64,000 nucleotides of DNA from Antedon mediterranea (Eukaryota > Animalia > Echinodermata): NCBI RefSeq assembly GCF_964355755.1, contig NC_092679.1:14677432-14741431 (forward strand), written 5' to 3'. Of this stretch, positions 1 to 12,063 are shown in pieces (the first letter of the stretch is position 1; each line of letters starts with the position of its first letter). The position numbers and the translations under genes are program-made. Under the pieces are notes generated by a model that saw only the letters and a list, made by a program, of their open reading frames with translations, searched no databases and was not told the origin of the DNA.

Positions 1-124
1 AGGAACTTTTGGAAACAATAGTCAACCTCTAATGTGAGTGTCCCTTGAAAAGGGGTTTTCCCTGGTTCATTTAATGAGAAAGTGTCCCCTCAATAATGGT
101 TGTCCCAAAGGAAGGGTTCTACTG
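1..124. mobile_element. Right end of a Tc1/mariner-pogo-type MITE (..GTGTCCC..GGTTCTACTG-TA family)
   Basis: Ends in gggttctactg followed by TA. Internal gtgtcccc..aata..gtccc motifs are shared with 36760-37078, 61207-61816 and about 63880-63912. Confidence 0.5.
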
Positions 125-940
125 TAGTTATATCTACAGTACAGTACTATGCTACAGTTTTTGCATACTGTAAAATAAAATTATAAAACCAAGAGAAACA
201 TTCAACATATCGGCTGTGTGTGTTATATAAAACAAGTAATAACACACAATATTATACTATATACTGTAGCAAATGCGTTGAATGTTTGAATATTCGATCA
301 TACATTATATATTCGTAGCATTGTCCAGCGAGGAACGACCTCTCTCATTCTCTGTGTTTTTAATATTTGACTATCCATGCATGACCTAAATTCAAGAAAC
401 TTGATGCCTTTCTTTGTTTAAAAAAATTAATTATACATTGAATATTTTAGGTTTTGAAGCATGGTCATACAGTGACATTTAAAGGAGGCTTGTCAATTGA
501 AAAATAAAAGGAATAGCAGAGCCACAATACTACATTATACAGTACGGTAGAGCCTCATCTTTTGGAAAACCATATTCAAGGGACACTTATGATCAGCTTT
601 GGCTGGAGGGACCACCCTCGTAAAATATTGTTGAAATAAATACATATACATACAGTAATGAATGTCTTGTCTTTATTTACCATCAATATGGTAACTATTA
701 AAACATTGATTTAAACAGTCTTATATTTTGTTAACATTGATTATAAAATCAAGCACACACCACAAAGTCCCTTTTTTCAAAGCAAATAATAATATAGTAG
801 TACAGTAAGAAAAGTATATTATACATACAGCACTATACATGTTATAAGATCACAACTCAGAAACACTTAAATTACGACGAAACAGATAAAGATTGGAATT
901 AAAAATGTTAATATGGGGATGGGCCTGGACTAAACTATTA

Positions 941-1623
941 CCGTACTGACGCGGGTATAAGCCCACCCCCCTTGAACATGAAATCACGTCAAGTTTGGGG
1001 GGTGGGCTTATACCCGAGGATCCAAAAATGCAGATTGTCAAAAACAGCACATGCACACTGTGTATTTCCACCATGCGAGCGAGCGAGCGCCCTCACGTGT
1101 ACGACGTTGCCTCTAAATACACGAGGTGTAGAGTGTCGGAAAATTAAGCTTATAGTTCGTGTAATTTATCGTAGAATATCTTATTTTAAACATCAATTGA
1201 ACAAGAATTTATCAAGCAGAAAAGCAAGTATACAATGTTCGTTAAATAGAAATGTACCAAAGAAATTTAATAAGCTTGTTTATGGCAGCCGATACCAAAT
1301 AGTGGTTTTCCGTTTTGGCGGCTTGTATGTAGCGTCGTGTGTGAAGCAATCTTCGACCGCGATGGAGTGTAAACAAAACAGGACCGTTAGGCCTCATATG
1401 GCCTAGCGTATATTAGCCTAGCTTGGTTACTGTATGATCAAAGGTAGGTAGGTGTATTCGGTGTATGGACATCGCCAAATACAAAAATATGTATTACGAC
1501 ACACACTAGATCTTCGAATTAATGGGTGGGCTTATACCCGAGTGCCTCATTTTTCATGAAAATTAGTCAAAAGTCGGGGGTGGGCTTATACCCGAGTATT
1601 GGCTTATACCCGCGTCAGTACGG
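941..1623. mobile_element. Non-autonomous Tc1/mariner-pogo-type DNA transposon
   Basis: TIR CCGTACTGACGCGGGTATAAGCC / GGCTTATACCCGCGTCAGTACGG, flanked by TA on both sides. Subterminal GGGTGGGCTTATACCCGAG repeats are present. Confidence 0.88.
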
Positions 1624-2772
1624 TATATAATAATATAAACTTAGTCTACTGATGTAACCATTTGTAAGAACATTGACTCTACTAAAGGGAACACAAAGGA
1701 TATTGTTGTTCTTAAGTTACGGACGGGAACACGAATACCGAAATTGGAAATAAAGTTGCAGTCAAAAATTGAATGAAGACATTTAAAAAGAAAGGATATA
1801 TTTTTTTATCATCATCACAATTATAAGGTTTGTTACATTTAAAAAGGTTATTCTGATTGTGGCTGATGTAGCGCAAAAATCTACAGTAGACTCAATACGT
1901 CAATACATGAGGCTTGGGTTTTGGAGATAGAATTGTAAATAACAGAACAAAAGTCTAAATTAGGTTGGATTAAGGCGATATATAGATAAACTTTTATAAT
2001 TGCAGTACATTGTAGTAAAGATAATATGGGGTTTGAAAACACTTAAGAAATGCTCACTAGTATACAGCTACACTGTATGTGAAAATAACTGCATGACAAC
2101 AAAATTACATATTAATTTGCATTTCTGAAGACACATCTGTGCATATATTTGAAATGGCTACTTTTATTTCTAATCTTAATTACAGAGACAAATGGAGAAC
2201 TGCTTTTTCACAGCAAAATTAATATAAAAATTTTACGATATTGATCAATAAAATCTGAAAAAAAAGACAAAGAGCATTCCATCACAATAAAATCAAAACC
2301 AGGTTATATTTTCAGGAGTCAAAAAATATCACAAAAGTTTTCACAGTATTCTTGATGGCCAATAACATCAGAATAAAAACAGTAAAAGTTTGGTTCATTC
2401 TAGGACACAATGCAATGATGTACGAACAAGTAATTTGACCAATCACAGGCGACAGTTCAGATGATTTGTTGCTTATGATTGGTCACCTTTTTTTGCTTTA
2501 CTGTAGGTATACAGTACGTCCTTGCTGGTATTCAACAATATCATTGTAAATTTTATATCTATAGCAAATAACATTATAGAACAAGATACGGTAATACACA
2601 TTATTAAGAATACCAACAAGTTTCGAAATCCTATTTTACAGTCTGTATAGTGTAATTTGACAAAGATCACCAGTCAAGTGGTACAATACACCAAGTTGAA
2701 AAGAAAGACAATAAAGACAACTGACTGGTTTTGACAACAAGCTTTAGAAAAAAAGGCAAATAAACAGTTTAC

Positions 2773-3467
2773 GGGTATTGCTAAACACCGCAAACCCCAG
2801 CAAACCTCCAAAAAAACATAGCAAACCCCACCAAACCAACATAAAAGTGATTGAATCATGTAGTGTACAACCCACTGGGTATATCCATGTAAAAAAAATA
2901 TTACATTTTTACTGTTAACTACTTATTTTTGGGGTAAAACATCATTTTTTGGTAAAAAATGATTGCTAAACCCTGCAAACCTCCAAAAAAATATAACAAA
3001 CCCCACCAAACCAACATAAAAGTGATTGAATCATGTAGTGTACAACCCACTGGGTATATCCATGTAAAAAAAAATATTACATTTTTACTGTTAACTACTT
3101 TTTTTTGGTCAAAAATGATTGCTAATTTTTAACCAAAAAATGATGTTTTATCCCAAAAATAAGTAGTTAACAGTAGAACTTTAATATTTTATATACCCAG
3201 TGGGTTGTACACTACATGATTCAATCACTTGTATGTTGGTTTGGTGGGGTTTGCTATGGTTTTTTGGAGGTTTGCGGGGTTTAGCAATCATTTTTGACCA
3301 AAAAATGATGTTTTACCCCAAAAATGAGTGGTTAACGGTAGAAATTAAATTTTTTTTTTACATTGATATACCGAGTGGGTCGTACAATACATGATTCAAT
3401 CACTTTTATGTTGGTTCGGTGGGGTTTGCTATGTTTTTTTGGAGGTTTGCGGGGTTTAGCAATACCC
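2773..3467. mobile_element. Foldback element with long TIRs and 8-bp TSD (Mutator- or Merlin-like), arms internally duplicated
   Basis: Starts GGGTATTGCTAAA and ends TTTAGCAATACCC. Exact TSD CAGTTTAC at 2765-2772 and 3468-3475. Two tandem left-arm and two tandem right-arm units. Confidence 0.88.
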
Positions 3468-6400
3468 CAGTTTACAAACAATTTGTATAAACTTGGAATC
3501 ACCAATGCCAGAAGAATTCAGGATTAGGAAAATTGAACACAAAAAAATAATGTTTTGTACAGTACTGCAGTAAGTAATTGGTAGAATTTTTAGATCTGTA
3601 GGATTACAGTGGTAACGTCAAAAGAAATACAATCTGAACCAAAACAAGTTGTTAACAGTTTTGAATTATTTTTACAGTATTCTTGATATTGCCAGTAATC
3701 GTTAAATTAATATTCATGGTTTGAATAGAATGAACAAAACTGTGAAATCAAAATGGAGGTATCTTTTAAAAGCAATCTCTTCTTTTTACTGAACAATTAA
3801 AAACTTAATAATTCACAAGAGCTATTGCATTTGTAGGTTCAATAACTTGTTGATAATAGACACCAGTTCACTGTACTAATTAAATCGTAACTTATGATGA
3901 TGTAAAAGGGTAGTAATCTATTGTCTCCATCACAATATTGATCAATAAAAGATTTGTTAATAGATGTTTGGGATATCAATACAATGAGATAGAGGTTGGG
4001 GTAGATTTTCAAGGCCTATTATCATGGCCATTACCAACAGACCTGGTGTAGTATCCGGGTACTATAAACCTGTAACTGTAAATTAGTACTGTAGATTCAG
4101 GATAAATACTAAAAAATCTAGATCTAGACAATTCTAGAGGGTTCAAGATATGGAAATCACCATTTCAATTTGTCTCAATTATTACTTCATGTTTACATTG
4201 AAATTGCAATGAATATGGCTGCTAATTTTTTTCCATGAAAAGGTTTAGGCCTATCAAAAATAATAATTAATAAACACAAAATTGTACAAAATTAACTTAA
4301 TTGAGTAAATTCCTGATACTGTCTTATTTTTGTTTTTGCGATGTTTCTCTTCGATATAGGAAATCCTAATATTTTGACAAATAATAGTAAAGTTAACTGT
4401 ATTATGTACCTGGTAGTTTGATCTCGTAACCAGTTTAGGTGGTTGGCTAGATAGACTACATATGACAGTGCAAATTCACATAGTGACCATACAAACATAC
4501 TGTAGGCTCCCCTCAATTCGTTGCTAACAGATGATGCTAAAGGTCAATCTTACTACCAAACAGGGTCGATATAAGAACACCAAAACGTGGGATGCAAATA
4601 TCACCAAAGACAAACATTCAAAGTATACATTGAACTTGCACTGTTAAACAATATGTATTTACCTGGGATAAATATTGAAACATGCTTAACACAATGAATA
4701 TTACATTTTAGGCTGTGAATAATGTGTTGAAAGGATACTATTGAATTGAATCCAAGTAAAGGAGGACTCACGGTACAGTATACTTCTAACTGTTAGTGTT
4801 ATGTTTTTATTTGCATCAATTCAAACAACATGGTGTTAATTGCTGTAATCAAAGAATCGTTGTTGACTGTACAGATCAAGAAAGATTTTTAAGGACACGC
4901 ACCTGGAATTGAAGAGCTAAAGATTTTAATGTTCAGGGGCACATCAGAGAATATATGCACCCATTCATTTAAAGTATCTGATGCAATTTATTTGCCTTTT
5001 TGTTTATATTTTGTACCTTACTCTACCTACTTAGTTAGTTAGTAAATATAGAATTATGGTACAGGGGTGTTTTCTTTATTTTTCTTATCTGTAAGCCCTC
5101 CCTCTGGTGAGCACAGTCTATGTCGGTTTATCCAGGAAAGCTACTGCAGGCACGAAATAGACCAGTATTCACAACTATATACAGTAATAATGCGTTTGAT
5201 AGACTAAAACCAAACACTACAAGAATAAAATGCACCAAACCCATGGATTGAATTTTTGTGGGTGGTGTTTGGTACTGTAGGGACATTCCAGTTGTAGCCT
5301 AAAGCATGGCTAAAGCTTAATTTAACCAAAGATCCCACTAAAAAATTTAAACTTCTATTTTCCTTATCTTACTGTAGGCAACAAACGGAGTCATTACATA
5401 CAATGTAATCTTGAATTAAAAATACAAGCAGATTTTATAGGTTGAATTACTCTTTATAATCCTTGTAGTGTATTAGTCAATTAAAAGCAAGCTCTCTGAT
5501 GTCTTTTGTATAGCATACTGTATTGTAGAATTCTACAATGCACTGATGCACAATCTAAAAAGGCTGGAATTAGAAATTAAAATCTACATCTATGAAATAT
5601 GATCTTTAAACCTGGTTGTTTTATAATAAAAGGGTGATTTAAATTTTCTTACAAAATCAATCAATAATCTATTAAACTGCTAAACATAAAAAATTACTAA
5701 TGCTTTAATACTGACATTCAATGCACACTCTACATATAATGCATTTTTTTTAAACTAAATGATTTTAATCATTTTTTATATGTAAACCTTTATCTTCACT
5801 ATCAAACTAGTTAGACAAAAAAAAGTCACAGTGTGATGTGCCCAAATATGGTACAGTAGTCACAGTGATACAGTATGATATTGTGTCCATAAAGTTTGAT
5901 ATGTAGACAGAGCTTTTAATAGAAAGACAATCTGAAACACTCTGGACACCATTGAACCTACTGTACTACTGTAACAAATTAATAAGTCCTCTGCAAAAGA
6001 AAGTTCAACAATACGTAAGTGGTACAATACCTTGGGCTAGCATTTTGACTCCATAACGTACTGTACTGTATTTCTAAAAGATCACAATTGGTATTCCTGT
6101 ATAATACCATTATGTTATCATACTATGCTAGTTTACAGACCATTAAATACAGTATTAAAGACAAATCTATAGTTTGAGTAAATACAGTAGTAGCGCATTT
6201 AATTACAATACTATCTCCGAACGATCGTCCTGATAACCAATTCAAATAATATTCTGGACACTTGATTCAAGTGGTCAAATACTGATATAAACAGTATGAC
6301 CTGTATTGGTCATCGCTGTACAGTGTAGTTACAATCAAAATTGACTAATACTGTATGAAAAAATGTACAATTTGAAAACATTTTTAAAGTTATATTTCCA

Positions 6401-7164
6401 AATTAGTTATTGTTTTTTTATTTGTCTTTCAATTTTTAACCAGGTTTTCACCACACATCTTGCACCCCACCTCACCCTTCTGTACACATGCCTGGTTACA
6501 GGTAACAACTCAGTAGGGCAAACATACACACACACACACACTTTGTCATGGTAGTAGCTCTGTACCTCTGCAATAAATAATTTAGTTCAAATAATGTACT
6601 AAAAAATGTATTTATTTTTGGTTAACTGTACTGCGGTACATCTCAGTCTCAATTTGACGGATTGATTCTTACAATTGACAGTGACAGATGTCACTAGCTA
6701 CTGTACATACAGCCCAATTCAATCAATACTATAGGGGCAATCATAATATCAGTTCCGCTGTTTTATTTACCTATCATCATATAATATTGACCTTTCTTTA
6801 ATGAAAGAGTATGGATCATTGCCCAGGAGATGAAAAAACACACAAAGCATTCTAAACATAGAAATGACAATAAAGCAGTTGATCAATAAAGATGGTGAGT
6901 ATGAATAGATAAGAAAATTAACTCAACTACTAGTACTAGTGGTTTTTTTTATGGGTCTGTTTGATTTGCAGGAGATATAGTATGTGACAAGTCATTCATA
7001 ATCTTATTGATTTAACATTTCCTAACAGTATTTTGTTATTTTTGTACATACTGTACAGTATTGTCAAAATTGGCTGATACAGTACAGTATTGTCTACAGA
7101 ATACGGACTAAAAATTATCAATTACTTTTAAAGCACAACTTTACCGCCAGTATCCACACAGTAG

Positions 7165-7505
7165 GGGTTATTGCTAAACCCCGCAAACCCCAGCAAACCT
7201 AAAAAAAAACATAGCAAACACCACGGAACCAACATAAAAGTGATTGATTGAGTGTACAACCCACTTGGTATATCCATGTAAAAAAAATATCAAATTTCTA
7301 CTGTTTGGTTTGTGGGGTTTAGCAATCATTTTTGACCAAAAAATAATGTTTTACTCCAAAAATAAGTAGTTAACAGTAGAAATTTTAAATTTGTTTAACT
7401 TGGATATACCCAGTGGGTCGTACACTACATGATTCAATCACTTTTATGTTGGTTCGGTGGGATTTGCTATGTTTTTTTGGAGGTTTGCGGGGTTTAGCAA
7501 TACCC
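7165..7505. mobile_element. Shorter copy of the same 8-bp-TSD foldback family
   Basis: Same TIR as 2773-3467 apart from one extra T on the left. Exact TSD CACAGTAG at 7157-7164 and 7506-7513. Confidence 0.88.
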
Positions 7506-7663
7506 CACAGTAGTTAGAGTACTGTAGCTTGTTATCAAATTTCCAATTTTCCCTACACGCAATCGCTGTACAGCCATCGATATGAATTGTTAGATATTTA
7601 AAGCACAGAGACAAAATAAAGACATTTCTTTTTAAATAAAAATTTAATTGATTTGACACTCAC

Positions 7664-9313
7664 CAACTCTTGTGAGGCATAATCAGGCCGTGATTTATCC
7701 GCCGATAGATAACAATAATCAAATGTGAAGTTTCTAACACGTTGACGATTCCGGTCACCTTCTGTGGCTGGTCCATCAACCTGCAATCACATCAAATAAT
7801 ACTGTACTTTAGTTAGTTGGCAAAAATAAAATAACCAAACATATATTTTTTGTGGGTATTTCTTAAAATCTGAATGTATTTTTACACAATTCTTTTTGAT
7901 TAAAGATTCATTGGAGCAGAGGGTACTGTACCATCCTTTCTCTAAAAGTCTTTCTTTAGGGTCTTTCACATATGCTCCAGTCTTCCACCGGCTCCAGTTT
8001 AGATTTGTGACAGATTGCGCATACTGTACAGCATGCATTTGGGACTTCTTATTATCAAGATGACCTACGCAGCTACGTGAATGGTAAGTACAAAAACTGG
8101 TGCATAGCCACATGAAGCATTGTGAAAAAGAACATTGTAAGATGCAATTTTATTTTTCGAACCCAAGCTAGGTGTGAAAGATGCTTAACTCCAGTCCAAA
8201 AACTGCAGTACATAAGGATGAATTCGCTTGTACACACTTAACCTATACCAGAATGTTCAGTAATTTTGTCTAATTATGTAATTTTACGTAAAAAAAAAAT
8301 GAAAATTATACCTTCAAATTTACGATGCTTAAAACATTTTCATTAACATCCAAAATAAACGCCGCTTCGGTTTCCTCCTCTCTGTAATATCAGCAAATGA
8401 TTTGTTATTTTAAAATAATACAGAATGAGGAAAGTATGCATTATGATGAAGGATGAAAATAGGAAATGTACTGTAAGTTATTATGCCATCAAATTGCACA
8501 TACAGTAGGCCTACAGTACAATAAATTTTATTTATTCAATTGTTATGAGTGCAAGAGACTATTTTTGGTTTAGTTTTGATGGCATCTTAAAGTCAAAGTG
8601 GACTAACAGTACATGTTGACGACATCTGTTGATGTTTGCAGAAAGATAAAAGAGCAATTTGATGTTTGCAGAAAGATGAAAGAGCAAATCATTTTTCAGT
8701 CTCACTCATATTCTTATCTGTATTTTGAATACCATTATTATTTTTGGATAATTTAAAATGAGAATAAGCTTCTCATAAAAAAAAATAATAAAATTCAGAA
8801 TAATGTTTTAAATATATAATTGAACTATACATTTAACATAAGTACAGTAGTACATTAATAGCCGTCAAGAAAGAAAGTTAAATCCATTATATTTTGACAG
8901 GCCAACAATGGTTAGCCCAGGGCCAATAATCTGAAAATCCCAGGGTATCTTTTATCAAACATGTCCCTTCTACCTCAATTATTAATTCAAAATCACACTC
9001 GTAAATATCTAAATTTAGATAACATTGTTTGAGTCTTCAATGCATAACAATGAACATAGATTATTACAGAGATAAAACATTGACTATGTACTGTAAAACC
9101 CTTCTGTACGGAATTACCTAGACAGGTACTGTACTGTACGTATCCCAGCCAGGTAAACCACACACACTGCAGCACCACGACGCCCACCACACGTAAGTTC
9201 CAATGCTTAGCTGCTTGGTAGAGGTAGAATTAAAAACTCAAGTACAGGCCTAATTATTACACTTACTTTTTACTCAAAGGTCGGACACGGACTGCAACTT
9301 TAACATTCGCCAT
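7664..9313 (-). CDS. STARD9: Kinesin-3 family motor (STARD9/KIF16-type), first three coding exons; gene probably continues left of the window
   Basis: GT-AG exons 9313-9267 (47 nt), 8381-8312 (70 nt) and 7780-7664 (117 nt) join in frame. Translation: MANVKVAVRVRPLSKK-EEETEAAFILDVNENVLSIVNLK-VDGPATEGDRNRQRVRNFTFDYCYLSADKSRPDYASQEL. This has the kinesin N-terminal VAVRVRP and the kinesin-3 FxFDYxY..YASQ motif. MANV.. and FDYCY fit STARD9/KIF16A better than KIF16B (from memory, not searched). The P-loop exon was not found in 1-7663. Confidence 0.8.
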
Positions 9314-10765
9314 AGCAAATGATGTAAGCACATATAAAATCCCATAATTATTTAGAAACCACCAAAGATGATGTTATTATCCTAGCCATATCCATCGCAT
9401 TGTTTATTCCGCACTCACACAATTTCAACAATACAAATTTCGCGTCTTTGGCAGACGATATTTTTCTTCTAAATTGGTGGCGCTAGACATGATCAAAGAA
9501 TAGTACCGTATATACAGGGATCCATATACAGTACTTTATACTGTAACTGATCAGAAGTTTTCAATACATTGTATTATTGTCCAACCTCAAATTTATTTAT
9601 TTTCATAAATGTTAGCAAAAAACAAGCGAAGTATTTTTAAAAATTAATCAATAGTTAATAGAAAAATAACGCTTAAAAAAGTAACAGTTGCATTGATAAA
9701 GTTTATTTCAAACATTTTTAAGACAAATATTTCAGCAAATCTAACTACCTATACTAAAACTAAACAACATGGGAGTAGTATAAAGTAAAATCCAAGTAGT
9801 CAGATCTGCTTAAATGATATACAAATCAATAAATAATCCATTGAAATCCTTAATCCACAAAAAAGTTAGTATGCATTATCGAAAGTAAACATTTTGTTAT
9901 ATGTTTTAACTATCTACTAATAAAATTTATTTTTTAGAACTTTTTTTCCAACATTTGTATCACATGAATGTAAAACCTGACAGCAAACATTCCATCCTAT
10001 TAATATAATAATATATGAATATTACACTGCAACAATTAAGGAATTAGTTTGAAAAAAGAGCATTGATTACTATACATAAAAAATATATAGAATAAAATTG
10101 ATAGATAAAAAAATACATTAGAAATAATTTTGAACAAATGGAAATATTAATAGTTTATTTGGCAGAATTGCATTACATTTATAGCAGCATTGATTATTAT
10201 AAATAAAATCGATTAAAAAATACATTAGAAATAATTGTGAACAAATGGAAATATAGAGTATAAACTACAACCCTATTCTTTAATATAATCACACAACAAT
10301 ATATACAATTTTTATGACATGATTTCAACATAGTTATGAATACTGAGAGTAGATTCCATCATGGCATAGACCACAAAATAAGAGAAAAGTCTCTCTCTCA
10401 TACCAAATAATACAAGGAACTAACTTTCATTGAGTACAAACTTAATGGCAAAATAACTGTTTACTAAAAATTTAGAATGTAAAGTCAGCACTCAAAGTAA
10501 AAAAATATTGAATACACAAAATATCAATATGTCAAATGTTATTCTTACTTTATAATTCAACAATTAGATTTTAACTTATGTTATTGAATGACAAGAATTG
10601 AACTAAATTATAACCAATTATTATAACATGATTAATCTGTCCACATTTATAAAATTGCAATTTTAAAAGTTTTAGTTAAAACAATAGAAAACATCATTTA
10701 CAATTCAATAATTAAAAATATTATATACATAGTAACATCACAATCAATTGTTGTACACTATAGAG

Positions 10766-11598
10766 CAGCGTTCCGCAACCATTTTTGACCGCAACCCCTT
10801 GATCCTATTTGGAAATTCTTGCGACCCAACATTGCATATTTGAGCTACAGGCCTCCATGGTAGGGCATGTGGCAAAGCGAATATTGAATGAAAGACACCC
10901 CTAGATGGCTGAAAATGGTACTCTAACACGTAAAAATCATGATAAATGGCACCTCTAGTTGGCTGGAAATGACACTCTAATAATAGCGCGCTTGCAATTG
11001 GCAAAATGATCGGAAGATCACATTTGCGTTCAATGCTAACGTCAAGGCGATCTCCTGAACCATAAAAAGTTCTCCTGGCTAGGGCCTGAACAACATCACT
11101 ATGAGTGTAATTTGGGATGGGCCTGTTTATATTGTTCTAGGGCCTGAACAACATTGCTATGAGTGTAATTTGGGATGGGCCTGTTTATATTGTTCTTTCT
11201 ATTATTCTAATGCTAATTGTAAAAGTTCCCACCGGCGGTACATTAAAGGTTGCAGTTTTTCAGTCAAGTTACACACTCATTTGCAAACTACAGAAAAATA
11301 GCGTCGTAGAACCAATTGGTAGATTATTAAATCCACGTCCTAAAAGGGGATTCCCCACTTGTATATTAACTATGCGTCAAAAGTGTCGTTGATTCCCAAT
11401 TGTGTGTACGCTACAATTCTTGGCGCACGTCAACATAGGGAAAAAACTCTAGATGTAAAATGTAATCAGTGTTGTAGATTCTGCAAAACTGAGAACATTT
11501 CACATATAGATCAGTGTATAATTGATAAAAAGTTTCAGTATCGGAAACAATTTTGACACCCAAACATTGGGTGGTGACCCATAGGTTGCGGAACGGCG
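10766..11598. mobile_element. Non-autonomous hAT (Charlie-like) element
   Basis: TIR CAGCGTTCCGCAACC / GGTTGCGGAACGGCG. Flanks ctatagag and gtatagag (7/8 TSD). Contains an internal 58-bp tandem duplication at about 11079-11196. Confidence 0.78.
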
Positions 11599-12063
11599 GT
11601 ATAGAGTATCACAATGCTGATGTCACAATAGCATGCGTTTCCGAGTAACAAGGGATATCACATCATGTGACTGTAAAGTATATTATAACTCAATGATCAG
11701 AGGTAGCGACTATTAAATTGCATTGCATTGTAGGTAATAAATAGTACATTTAAGTATGCATAAAAGAAAATAAACTTTTAATGTGAATAATATTAAATTA
11801 TGTTATCATTACAAACATGGATATACCTCTAATCTTATTATTAAAAGTACTGTAAATATTAGTAATTTAATCAAGGACAAGGTAACAACATAATACATAA
11901 GAAACCTTGCCAATGTTATGACTATGAATTACGGTTCCACTGTCTTAACCGCTCGGCCACTGACTTTCGGAAGTTTTTATGCCTTTTTAGTGGGTAAACA
12001 ATTTCTTTTAAATATATATTAGTATTTTAATCAATCAATATTAATAGGTACCTCAGTAGTTAG

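Noticed and set aside
972-1406. 144-aa ORF as a transposase
   Set aside because: It lies inside a 683-bp non-autonomous element, has a non-ATG start, and shows no recognisable HTH or DDE motif.
1-7663. Further kinesin exons (P-loop GQTGSGK) in the left part of the window
   Set aside because: No convincing in-frame exon was found by eye, so the region is treated as one long intron. A short or divergent exon could have been missed.
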